DNA of 44,605 nt from Shigella phage DS8. Where the stretch lies: the sequence record MK759854. One strand, given 5' to 3'. The first letter of the stretch is position 1. Each line of letters starts with the position of its first letter. Under the pieces are notes generated by a model. That model was not told the DNA's origin, did no database searches, and saw only the letters and a program-made list of their open reading frames with translations. The translations under genes and the position numbers were made by a program. This document shows positions 22,243-30,439 of the stretch, one piece after another.

Positions 22243-23796
22243 TCATTTCAACCTCGGATTTATGTGAACAGTATTTCCGATAAATACGCAGTAACCATCC
22301 TCTTCAAGTGATGGCAATACACTTGATCTTAGTCGGTCATAAATTTTAGGTATCCCTTTGAATGGCCTAACATTTTTAAGTGAATCATAAAGCCACTTCA
22401 CCGTTACGCTTGTTTTTCCTTTCTGAGCGGCAGAGCGTAGCTTTTCGGCAACAACATCAAACTCAGATCGTTCACCAGCATACCCATTTGATTCCACAGC
22501 GTCAGTGAACGTTTTTGTCAGTGCGTCATAAACGCTGATAGCGCGACTAATTTCATTTTCACCGATAATCTTTGAACGCTTTCCTCCATCGCACCAGTTT
22601 TCAGCAGCGTGAAATATTGCTGCCAGACGGATTATTTGCTTATCAGCTTTACCCATCGCGCCACGAAGAAGAACGTGGTCCCACTTACCGCCGGGAAGGA
22701 AGTTTTTCTCCCACTGATTTCGTAACAGGCCGATCATTCTTGCTGAGTCATTGTGAAGTGTCAGTTTTGTTTTTTCTGCTGACACAACGTTATGTATAAA
22801 TCTTGCATATTCCGACCTCAAGCTGTCTGGCATTGGCTTGCTTACAGGGCAATCATTAACCATGTCCCAGTGTTCGCGATAGCCAAGCATTGATTGCTCT
22901 CGCAACATCAGGAAACGTTCAGAAAGCCCGTTACCCCTGTCGCCAGCAGCAAGAATGGCATCAATACTTTCATCCTGAGCAATCACGCTTATGTTTCCAA
23001 GCACGTAACCAGATGAAACGCCACGACCAACACGAGCAGAACCAATGAATCCTCCATCCCAGCCCTTCAGGATGACTTCGGCGTTTGCCTTTCCACCTTC
23101 TTTTCCGTAAGAAAGGCCAAGGCAGGTGTTAAGAACGCTGGCCTCGTCACTTATCAGATTAAAAAAACCACCTTCATGAATGGCTTGATGCTGAACAGCC
23201 TCCGGCGTTGCGTCCGTCAGTGGATATGTGATCGTATAAAGCTCCTCCAGCTTCTCCTTTTCGCGAGCAATATCGTCTCCGATTAGTGCCTTTGCATTCT
23301 GGTTGCTGGCCTCCTTGTATGCCTTCATCAACTCTTCAATGCGAAGATTTATTTTTATGATCTGCTTTTCCATCTTTTTGGAAAGGTTGTCATACTCAAT
23401 CTTCACCGGATTCATGTGCATTGAGTTGATAGCGGTTTTCCCTGCTGATGGAGGCTGAGAAGTAACCACGTAAAGAGAAACTGGAAGTTCTGAATGGTAA
23501 TACTCAACGCTAAAGTTTCTCGTCATTGCGCTGGCAACGCACCCAAGTAAATGCATGAACGATGTATTTATTGGGAACTGAACGGCACGAGCTGCAGCGA
23601 TTGCATAACGAGACAGCAAATCAGTCCTGTGCTCACTGGTCAGTTCTGTTTCTGAGTACGTTACATCACGCTCCTTACCTTCCTTGATGTCCAGCCACAT
23701 ATTTGAGCTTGGTGTCATGCCATGATGGAAGGCGACGCGAGCCGGAGATACTTTTAACTCCCTTGCTTCGTTGAAGATGTCTTGAGCTGTAATCAT
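22243..23796 (-). CDS. P-loop NTPase, putative replication initiation/helicase-type protein
   Basis: 517 aa; Walker A-like QPPSAGKT and Walker B-like LISDEAS; GAGGT RBS; function inferred from its place in the replication module. Confidence 0.5.
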   Translation of the reverse strand: MITAQDIFNEARELKVSPARVAFHHGMTPSSNMWLDIKEGKERDVTYSETELTSEHRTDLLSRYAIAAARAVQFPINTSFMHLLGCVASAMTRNFSVEYYHSELPVSLYVVTSQPPSAGKTAINSMHMNPVKIEYDNLSKKMEKQIIKINLRIEELMKAYKEASNQNAKALIGDDIAREKEKLEELYTITYPLTDATPEAVQHQAIHEGGFFNLISDEASVLNTCLGLSYGKEGGKANAEVILKGWDGGFIGSARVGRGVSSGYVLGNISVIAQDESIDAILAAGDRGNGLSERFLMLREQSMLGYREHWDMVNDCPVSKPMPDSLRSEYARFIHNVVSAEKTKLTLHNDSARMIGLLRNQWEKNFLPGGKWDHVLLRGAMGKADKQIIRLAAIFHAAENWCDGGKRSKIIGENEISRAISVYDALTKTFTDAVESNGYAGERSEFDVVAEKLRSAAQKGKTSVTVKWLYDSLKNVRPFKGIPKIYDRLRSSVLPSLEEDGYCVFIGNTVHINPRLK

Positions 23797-24069
23797 TTAT
23801 ACCTCGTACTCTGTTTCAAATTTCTCATGAGGATTCTCTGATAACCATTCCTTGGCTCTCAAAACTGCAGCGTTTGCTTCCTCTGCCGTTTCAAACATAC
23901 CAAGCTCATATCTTTTCTTGAGTACCATCACTCTCGCTCTGAATTTTTTCGATGCCTTGTGGTAATCAACACCGTAGTATCCAGTGGTTGATTTTGATGA
24001 TGCAACCCACCCTGCACCACGACCATGTTTGTTTAATTTGCGCTTTAATAATACACCGTGATTGCTCAT
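23797..24069 (-). CDS. AP2-domain DNA-binding protein
   Basis: 90 aa; YYGVDYHKASKKFRARVMVLKKRYELGMFETAEEA fits an AP2 domain; GGGGAG RBS; first gene of the leftward operon next to the control region. Confidence 0.5.
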   Translation of the reverse strand: MSNHGVLLKRKLNKHGRGAGWVASSKSTTGYYGVDYHKASKKFRARVMVLKKRYELGMFETAEEANAAVLRAKEWLSENPHEKFETEYEV

Positions 24070-24165
24070 TTCCGCTCCCCAATCAACTATTTCCCCAAAA
24101 TACTACCACCTACTCCCCAGCATTGCAACACAACAAAAGCGTCAAAAGGGGTAAATTGGGTTAAC

Positions 24166-24188
24166 GTGGGGCAACCAACCTGCCCCAC
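24166..24188. promoter_or_regulatory. 23-bp palindrome GTGGGGCA-N7-TGCCCCAC (candidate operator/origin element)
   Basis: Perfect 8-bp inverted arms read directly. Confidence 0.5.
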
Positions 24189-24396
24189 GAAGTTTTACTC
24201 TAAGTATATGTAATATAATATAATTATTATTATTTGGGTTAATGGGTAATATTATTATTCATATTATAGATAAAAATTAACATAATATTAACAAATGGAT
24301 TATTTGAATATGTTTATAAGGGGATGGGTATGAAATCTGCCCCTTTTTACCCACGAAAAATAAAAACATTCAAATCAATGATTTACGATGAAAAGC

Positions 24397-24419
24397 GTGG
24401 GGCAACCGACCTGCCCCAC
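24397..24419. promoter_or_regulatory. second copy of GTGGGGCA-N7-TGCCCCAC, followed by extra CCCCACG half-sites
   Basis: Identical arms; additional ACCTGCCCCACG (24421-24432) and TTTACCCCACG (24441-24451). Confidence 0.5.
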
Positions 24420-24474
24420 GACCTGCCCCACGGGCAAAAATTTACCCCACGAGCACGTTTTTAACGCATTACTG

Positions 24475-24503
24475 TTGACGTAGAATCATCGTTGATGTAG
24501 ATT
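24475..24503 (+). promoter_or_regulatory. putative sigma70-type early rightward promoter (TTGACG-N17-TAGATT) built on two motif copies
   Basis: TTGACG 24475-24480, 17-nt spacer, TAGATT 24498-24503; RBS GAGGGTGAAGAG and ATG 24534 downstream. Confidence 0.4.
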
Positions 24504-24533
24504 GAACTCATCGAAACAAACGAGGGTGAAGAG

Positions 24534-24719
24534 ATGAAAGAAGAAAGCACGCACAACATCGACCAGATGAAGTTATTCAGCGATATATGCATGGCATTGT
24601 CACAACAGGTTACAAGCCTGCCTGCTGATATGCGCTCAAATGCAATCATTGATGCGGCAAACATGATTTGCGAGGCATATGCGATGACTGAAAATGAATA
24701 TAAGGCTTCGAAGAAATGA
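24534..24719 (+). CDS. hypothetical early protein
   Basis: 61-aa ORF with strong RBS; first rightward early gene. Confidence 0.4.
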   Translation: MKEESTHNIDQMKLFSDICMALSQQVTSLPADMRSNAIIDAANMICEAYAMTENEYKASKK

Positions 24720-24899
24720 CAGGCGCAACATTAGAACTTATCTCCAGTCTGGTTATCGTGGCATTCATCATTATCGCAGTGGCAGTTTCTAAATCAGGGT
24801 ATAAGGAGTAACAAAATGAGAAACTTGCATAACGAACACATCATGCAGTGGTATCGTTGTCGCATTAAGGCAATCATTAACTCTTGTGAGGTTTAACAA

Positions 24900-25082
24900 A
24901 TGGCAAAGACCATCTATCGCCGCGAGAAGCTGGAGTCGGAACTCGGTCGCGTTGGCGCGCAGAACTTTATGAGCAAGCAGGCACGCAATGCAATGGAATC
25001 TATCCGCGTAAATCGCGTTGTGCGCGTGTTTAATGGTGAAGGTAAGCGTAGAGTAATGGATGAGCTGATTATCGTATTCTGA
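24900..25082 (+). CDS. hypothetical early protein
   Basis: 60-aa ORF; GAGG RBS 8 nt upstream. Confidence 0.35.
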   Translation: MAKTIYRREKLESELGRVGAQNFMSKQARNAMESIRVNRVVRVFNGEGKRRVMDELIIVF

Positions 25083-25118
25083 ACTCGATTCAGCGCTCTT
25101 ATTTCTAATGGTGATGAT

Positions 25119-25352
25119 ATGGCAAAAGTAAAAACATACGAGTTCTGGTTTGTGCAGAACAAAATGTATGCCACCAAGACAATCAGGCGAGTCAGCTGGT
25201 GGAATAAGTGGTTAATCCTGTCAGGCTGCATTGTGCTGACAAAATGCAAATTCAAAGCGATTGACATCACCGATGAAGATGCGCTCAAAATCGCAAAGAT
25301 TGAGTTTGAAGAAGATTGTTATTACGAAGAAATTATGGGGGTTAGGGTATGA
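25119..25352 (+). CDS. hypothetical early protein
   Basis: 77-aa ORF; GGTGA RBS; stop overlaps next start. Confidence 0.4.
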   Translation: MAKVKTYEFWFVQNKMYATKTIRRVSWWNKWLILSGCIVLTKCKFKAIDITDEDALKIAKIEFEEDCYYEEIMGVRV

Positions 25353-25792
25353 GTGAAGTTAAGCGTTATGACCTTGTTGGCGATATGGATGGTAATTGCA
25401 ATCTTAACGAGGCCAGAATGGAATTGTCGGCTGATGGTGTTTATGTAAAGCACCGTGACTATGAGGCACTGCAAGCAAAGTGCGCGGCGCTGGCAGCGGA
25501 GAATGCGGCATTTAAGGATATAAACCAATGGTGTAAAACGGATGCGTTCAGCAACATGTATCGTGATTTTAAAAAAGCCGAAGCTGTTGGTTGTTGCAAC
25601 ATTGACTGCATGCATGACGCAATGGTTGTCGCAATCATGCATGCACCTGAAGCGCCATCCACCGATGCTTTCATGGCTGAAGTTCGAGCACAGGTGGTGG
25701 AGATGTTTGCTGACCATCTGTTGTGCCCAGACCTTGATGACACTATCCGTGACTTTGCTGAACAGCTTCGTAAAGGAGGCGAGCAAAAATGA
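25349..25792 (+). CDS. hypothetical early protein (Cys-rich)
   Basis: 147-aa ORF; coupled to both neighbours by ATGA overlaps. Confidence 0.45.
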   Translation: MSEVKRYDLVGDMDGNCNLNEARMELSADGVYVKHRDYEALQAKCAALAAENAAFKDINQWCKTDAFSNMYRDFKKAEAVGCCNIDCMHDAMVVAIMHAPEAPSTDAFMAEVRAQVVEMFADHLLCPDLDDTIRDFAEQLRKGGEQK

Positions 25793-26136
25793 CAATCACA
25801 AAACAACGAGTGGAAGAAATCATATCCCGCATTGAAATGTATGGGCATGGTGCAGTATATACCGCTGAAGAGGTTTATGACCTTGCTGTACTGGCGCTGA
25901 ACTTATCAAATATCGCAAAACTCAAGCGATATGAGCTTGATATGGGTGGCTGTGACTCATGCGGCCAGGATTGTGGTGCCGATATGACTGAAGACCCTGA
26001 AGGCGAATTTGTCATGTTTGACGATGTGGTCAGTATGGTTCAGCTTGATACTACCAACCAGCAATTAGAAAGCCTAAGCAACCACAAGCATCACTTCATC
26101 AACGGCACTTGCGTAGAGTGCCTGAAAAGTGAATAG
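25789..26136 (+). CDS. hypothetical early protein (Cys-cluster CDSCGQDCG ... CVEC)
   Basis: 115-aa ORF; ATGA-coupled start. Confidence 0.45.
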   Translation: MTITKQRVEEIISRIEMYGHGAVYTAEEVYDLAVLALNLSNIAKLKRYELDMGGCDSCGQDCGADMTEDPEGEFVMFDDVVSMVQLDTTNQQLESLSNHKHHFINGTCVECLKSE

Positions 26137-26199
26137 CTACCCGTTCATATTAATTATCAGTGCGCTATATGTGGCGCACGCTTTACTGGAGATATTAAG

Positions 26200-26307
26200 A
26201 TGACCAGATACCAACGACGCCGATACACCACTGGCGCTAAAATATTCCTTGCTGTTTATGTTCTGGCACTGGTAGCAGCTATTGCAGGAGTTGTGCATTA
26301 TGTTTGA
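26200..26307 (+). CDS. small membrane peptide (35 aa), hypothetical
   Basis: Hand-found ORF with GGAG RBS; hydrophobic core IFLAVYVLALVAAIAGVV. Confidence 0.25.
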   Translation: MTRYQRRRYTTGAKIFLAVYVLALVAAIAGVVHYV

Positions 26308-26479
26308 TGACATCAACGCTGCAATGGAATTCATGTGGAAGCGCTACTGGGACTGTATGATGACGTGTCATTACATGATGGTGCAGCTCGACAATCGAAT
26401 TGAGGTTGTGCCGGATAATGGCGTGCATGACATCAAGTGCATGTGTTCTACGAGGGATTATGCTAATGCAAACAACTAA
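26300..26479 (+). CDS. hypothetical protein
   Basis: 59-aa ORF from internal ATG with AGGAG RBS. Confidence 0.3.
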   Translation: MFDDINAAMEFMWKRYWDCMMTCHYMMVQLDNRIEVVPDNGVHDIKCMCSTRDYANANN

Positions 26480-26639
26480 ACAAAAAGTCTGGAATCTCGC
26501 AAAGCAGCACGAATTAGACGACTTCATAGCGAAGGTCGCCAAAACATTTCCTGATGCGCTTGAAGTTGTTCATGTGCAGACGCGAACAGAAAACGCATGG
26601 TGCTATGCTGGCAGGCGTGATAACGATGGTGTACAATAA
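26466..26639 (+). CDS. hypothetical protein
   Basis: 57-aa ORF; GAGGG RBS. Confidence 0.3.
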   Translation: MQTTKQKVWNLAKQHELDDFIAKVAKTFPDALEVVHVQTRTENAWCYAGRRDNDGVQ

Positions 26640-26684
26640 ACACATAACCACCATTGCTTTCACTCATATCATCACCCAACCTTT

Positions 26685-26710
26685 AACCCGCCTTGTGCGG
26701 GTTCTTTTTT
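26685..26710 (+). terminator. rho-independent terminator ending the early operon
   Basis: Hairpin ACCCGC-CTTGT-GCGGGT followed by TTCTTTTTT. Confidence 0.6.
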
Positions 26711-26757
26711 ATCTGTGTTAAACTAACGATATCGAAATACGAAAAGACGAAAACAGA

Positions 26758-27204
26758 ATGGCTAATCCAAACCCTGTCATGAAATTTTCCTCTGAATACC
26801 AGCCTGCTGGTAGAGGATTAAGCTACAGAAACAGGCTTATTGAAGCATTAAAGCGCTGCGGGCTTGGAGAAGAGGAGTTCCTTGACGCATTCATCAGAAC
26901 CTCAATCAAGATGACTGAGGAAAACCAGACTCAAGGCGTACAAATGCTGAAGGAAATATTCCTGCGCATCAGCCCAGTGCAAAAAAGCATGGCACCTCCG
27001 GTTAATTTTAAATACCGCAAAGATGCTACTCCAGTTGAGCAGATAGAGGACGTCATTCAATCTGTCTCCAGTGGTGAGCTTCCAATTGACGTGGCGTCTC
27101 AGGTTGTATCTATGATTAAGGTTGGCCTTGACGTGAAAGAATTAACCGAACTCGCCGCTCGCCTTGAGCGACTGGAAAAATTACTGGAGCAGCGGAATGC
27201 GTGA
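26758..27204 (+). CDS. putative terminase small subunit
   Basis: 148 aa directly upstream of the large terminase; N-terminal MANPNP...PAGRG resembles small-terminase N-termini; C-terminal coiled-coil-like segment. Confidence 0.5.
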   Translation: MANPNPVMKFSSEYQPAGRGLSYRNRLIEALKRCGLGEEEFLDAFIRTSIKMTEENQTQGVQMLKEIFLRISPVQKSMAPPVNFKYRKDATPVEQIEDVIQSVSSGELPIDVASQVVSMIKVGLDVKELTELAARLERLEKLLEQRNA

Positions 27205-27355
27205 TGTTGTTACGTGGTGCTTTGTGGTATCTATCGCTATGAGCATGATTAGCGTCATTATGCCATCTGGAGATTTTGCTGGTAACATATTCGCATTTAT
27301 GTTCTGGGTATCTGGATGCGTTATCGCTTGGGGTCGGATTCACTATGGCTCGTAA
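27197..27355 (+). CDS. small hydrophobic protein overlapping TerS/TerL junction, hypothetical
   Basis: 52-aa ORF; ATG overlaps TerS stop; GGAG RBS; may not be expressed. Confidence 0.25.
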   Translation: MRDVVTWCFVVSIAMSMISVIMPSGDFAGNIFAFMFWVSGCVIAWGRIHYGS

Positions 27356-28769
27356 ACGCCTCTCCGCGCTGGCAATCGAAAAGCTGGAGGCGCAGATTGA
27401 TGATGCAATGACAGATGTCGCTGAGTCTGCCACCTTTGGTATCTGCGACATGCAGAAGAACGTCATTAAGCGGTTAAGGATGACTGCTACTGGCGTTGAT
27501 GATGTGACCAATGCAACCACTCATGCCGACCACCTGATTCCAGCAAAACTGGAGCGCCTGCTTTATCCGAAGCGTTTTAAGTTTGTCTACGGTGGGCGTG
27601 GGTCAGGGAAGACGAGAACGATTATCACTATCCTTACTGAGCGAGCAAGGTTTCGACCTGACCGCTTTGCCTGCTTTCGTGAGATTCAGCAATCCATTGA
27701 AGACTCAAGTTATCAGGAATTGTGCGACGAAATAGCGCGCAAGGGTGAATCGGCAGAGTTTCGCGTTATCAACAACGAGATAACGCACAAGAAGACAAAA
27801 GCGAAGTTTCGCTTCAAGGGGCTGTATCGCAATCAGACAACCGTTAAGGGGTTTGCTGGCATTACCGTCGGTTGGGTAGAGGAAGCGGAGAACGTCAGCC
27901 AGACGAGCTGGGATATTCTGGTTCCCACCATCCGCGCCGCTAATTCCGAGTTGTGGTGCTCATTCAACCCCAATAAGGAAACAGACCCAACATGGAAAAA
28001 CTGGATTGCCCCATATCACTCACAGATGGTTGATGGCATATTCGAAAACGATGAAATTCTGATTATCGAATGTAACTATTCAGACAACCCGTGGTTCTGG
28101 GACACTCCACTGCCGTCCGCTATGGAGCAAATAAAGCGAACTGATTACGACCGTTATCGCTGGATTTGGATGGGAGCATTCAACAAGCGCAGCGACGAGC
28201 AGGTCTTTGGCGGTAAGTGGCACATTGATAACTTTGAGGTTAAGTCTGAATGGCATGGGCCATACTTCGGGATGGACTTCGGGTTTTCCACAGATCCTAC
28301 CGCAATGGTAGAGGTTTACATCGAAGAGTTACCAGGTGGGCGGCGCAACATTTATATTAATCGCGAATACGGAAAGGTCGGGCTTGAGATTACCGATACG
28401 CCAGCCGCAATGGAGCAATCATTCCCTATGGCTAAACGTGCGCGATGGTATGCCGACTGTGCTCGTCCTGAAACCATCAGCCACATCAAGCGTTCTGGCT
28501 TCGATATTCACCCGTGCACGAAATGGCCAGGTAGCGTTGAGGATGGCGTAACGTGGTTGCGCGGCTGCGACAGCATCATCATCCATGAGCGATGCAAGGA
28601 AATGCAGAATGAGGCGGCAATGTACAGCTACAAGGTTGATAAGCTGACAGGGAATGTGCTGACTGATATTGTCGATGCATATAACCATTACTGGGATGCT
28701 GTTCGCTACGCACTCAATGACCACATCGTACAGCGCGGCAGTGGAATGCTAATACGGCGCAGGCGATAA
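27345..28769 (+). CDS. terminase large subunit
   Basis: Walker A KFVYGGRGSGKT, Walker B-like ITVGWVEEAE, C-terminal nuclease-type motifs (MDFGFSTDPTAMV, HYWDAVRYAL); ATG 27345 in frame with a longer TTG-initiated ORF. Confidence 0.9.
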   Translation: MARKRLSALAIEKLEAQIDDAMTDVAESATFGICDMQKNVIKRLRMTATGVDDVTNATTHADHLIPAKLERLLYPKRFKFVYGGRGSGKTRTIITILTERARFRPDRFACFREIQQSIEDSSYQELCDEIARKGESAEFRVINNEITHKKTKAKFRFKGLYRNQTTVKGFAGITVGWVEEAENVSQTSWDILVPTIRAANSELWCSFNPNKETDPTWKNWIAPYHSQMVDGIFENDEILIIECNYSDNPWFWDTPLPSAMEQIKRTDYDRYRWIWMGAFNKRSDEQVFGGKWHIDNFEVKSEWHGPYFGMDFGFSTDPTAMVEVYIEELPGGRRNIYINREYGKVGLEITDTPAAMEQSFPMAKRARWYADCARPETISHIKRSGFDIHPCTKWPGSVEDGVTWLRGCDSIIIHERCKEMQNEAAMYSYKVDKLTGNVLTDIVDAYNHYWDAVRYALNDHIVQRGSGMLIRRRR

Positions 28770-28785
28770 ATCTGCATCACCACAC

Positions 28786-28825
28786 TTGACCAATCTACAC
28801 CGAGCGCATAGTATAATCTACATCA
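28786..28825 (+). promoter_or_regulatory. putative promoter of the TerL-portal island: two motif copies and TATAAT
   Basis: CAATCTACACCG (28791-28802), TATAAT (28812-28817), AATCTACATCA (28815-28825). Confidence 0.4.
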
Positions 28826-28845
28826 GGCTTATCGGAGATGTCACT

Positions 28846-29052
28846 ATGCGCAGCTATGCAGGATTCACACAGGAGGAAAAAGAGCAGGTTTATTCGCTGG
28901 CAAGGGCTGGCGTGCCTGACGAGGTGATTTGCCGTCGGTATGATATCGACGAGGATTTCCTGCTGCGCGTTATTGATGATGTCTTCGTTAACCTGCAAGA
29001 GAAGCGCGGATATAAAGGCATCTGCTGCAAGAATGATTTTTTGAGAGGGTGA
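28846..29052 (+). CDS. hypothetical protein, possible helix-turn-helix
   Basis: 68-aa ORF from ATG 28846 with GGAG RBS; segment LARAGVPDEVICRRYDIDEDFL looks HTH-like. Confidence 0.4.
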   Translation: MRSYAGFTQEEKEQVYSLARAGVPDEVICRRYDIDEDFLLRVIDDVFVNLQEKRGYKGICCKNDFLRG

Positions 29053-29063
29053 TGTTATGAGTA

Positions 29064-29336
29064 TTGAACTATTTAAAAAAAGGTCAGATTATACCAAAGC
29101 GCATCGGTGGATTACATGTTCATCGTAAAGCCCGTCACAGATTGGTATTTGGCTGTGATGTGCTAATTGATGGCAGTAATTGGATTGCCGTGCCAAAGAC
29201 TGGTGAATCAATGGTTATTGCTAAGAAGTTGGGTATTCGCAGAAATAACGGAACTTATCAAAGTGTAGAAGCTGCATTTAAAGACATCCACTTTAATGCC
29301 AACAAGATTGACTATGTTGTCAAAACTTGCCGGTGA
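29064..29336 (+). CDS. hypothetical protein (start unresolved; possible frameshift at A7 run)
   Basis: 90-aa ORF begins at TTG; a well-placed ATG at 29057 (GAGGG RBS) is in another frame and joins this ORF across the A7 run at 29075-29081. Confidence 0.35.
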   Translation: MNYLKKGQIIPKRIGGLHVHRKARHRLVFGCDVLIDGSNWIAVPKTGESMVIAKKLGIRRNNGTYQSVEAAFKDIHFNANKIDYVVKTCR

Positions 29337-29356
29337 TGAAATTAACTGGTGGTGAG

Positions 29357-29770
29357 TTAATCATGTTCAGAAATAAACTAAAGAAAATAATCCGCGACAC
29401 TGCGGATAAGAAATACACCAAAAAGATTGATATATCATTCATTGACGGCACTGGCCTGTACAATCACGCCTGTCACCTGAATGCGGTAAACCGGGCGAGA
29501 GATGGAAGTTCGTGCGCAGTGGTAGAGGTTGTGGTGATTGATGATAAGTCGGTGATTGCGCATTACATCAACATGCAATGTGACGGCACGTACATCGACT
29601 ACACGCTTGGCTGGCACTGGTCTGGTGCTGATTACCGATTTGTGCGCTACGTTCCATTTACCGAATGGGCTGATATTGCGGGCGCGCTAAACAGGCTTAA
29701 ATCAGAACTGTGCAGGCCGGTAGCGAAATGGCAGAAGTTTTTAATGGTAACTGATGGTGAACTTTGTTGA
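29357..29770 (+). CDS. hypothetical protein
   Basis: ATG 29357 with GGTGGTGAG RBS inside the longer ORF 29327-29770. Confidence 0.4.
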   Translation, partial: LIMFRNKLKKIIRDTADKKYTKKIDISFIDGTGLYNHACHLNAVNRARDGSSCAVVEVVVIDDKSVIAHYINMQCDGTYIDYTLGWHWSGADYRFVRYVPFTEWADIAGALNRLKSELCRPVAKWQKFLMVTDGELC

Positions 29771-29776
29771 GGTGAT

Positions 29777-29968
29777 GTGATGATTATTGATGAAACGAAA
29801 AATTGCTATGAACTGCAAGTTAGTCATAGCTTTAGTGATTACCCTATCATGATGCTTACTTCATTCCGTGAAGGTGATGATGTTAACTCTATCGGCATTG
29901 ACAAACACCAAGCCGCGCAGCTAATAGAAGTGCTGCAACGCTGGGTTGATGGCGAGGAGATTGAGTAA
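29777..29968 (+). CDS. hypothetical protein
   Basis: 63-aa ORF; GAGGTGA RBS; TAATG coupling to next gene. Confidence 0.4.
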   Translation: MMIIDETKNCYELQVSHSFSDYPIMMLTSFREGDDVNSIGIDKHQAAQLIEVLQRWVDGEEIE

Positions 29969-30153
29969 TGAGCATTTACTTTATTCACGCTGAAGTTCTT
30001 GATGGCGATAAGGTTGTAACGAAGGCTTGCGCCATTGCGTGCTTCGACAATGCTAATGATGCCTTCGATTGGTTTATGGATAGCCAAGAGGTTGCAAAAT
30101 ATAAGAATAAAGGGCGCGATGTGGTAATAGATAAACTGGAAAAGGTGGAATGA
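29968..30153 (+). CDS. hypothetical protein
   Basis: 61-aa ORF; ATGA coupling to next gene. Confidence 0.4.
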   Translation: MSIYFIHAEVLDGDKVVTKACAIACFDNANDAFDWFMDSQEVAKYKNKGRDVVIDKLEKVE

Positions 30154-30395
30154 TGGCAGCCACAATTCTTGCTCTTGTCGTTACAGTGTTCTTTGTTTAT
30201 ATCCTGATAAGAAATAAGTTTGTCTATATTGAGCGCGGCAGATTTATAAACTACTTTTATGAGGAAGACCCAGAAGGGTATGCAGCAGGAAAGCGATTCC
30301 ATAAGGCGTTACCAAGTTACGACGAGATGCTGTGGAGATTCTGGGTATGGCGTTTATCAAAATTCTATCCAGCGTACAGAAATCGCAACAAGTGA
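30150..30395 (+). CDS. small membrane protein (N-terminal TM), hypothetical
   Basis: 81 aa; hydrophobic segment ATILALVVTVFFVYILI followed by a basic/aromatic tail. Confidence 0.4.
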   Translation: MMAATILALVVTVFFVYILIRNKFVYIERGRFINYFYEEDPEGYAAGKRFHKALPSYDEMLWRFWVWRLSKFYPAYRNRNK

Positions 30396-30439
30396 CCATG
30401 ATATAATCCCCTTAATTGGGGATTTTTTATTGGTGACAT

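Noticed and set aside
24914-25848. Three long minus-strand ORFs (24914-25288, 25322-25795, 25459-25848) in the early region
   Set aside because: They are antisense to a series of tightly coupled plus-strand genes with RBSs and ATGA overlaps; their translations are Ser/Arg/Cys-rich and low complexity.
28786-28845. TTG-initiated N-terminal extension of ORF 28786-29052
   Set aside because: The extension is translated from the promoter motif region itself; ATG 28846 with a GGAG RBS is the more plausible start.
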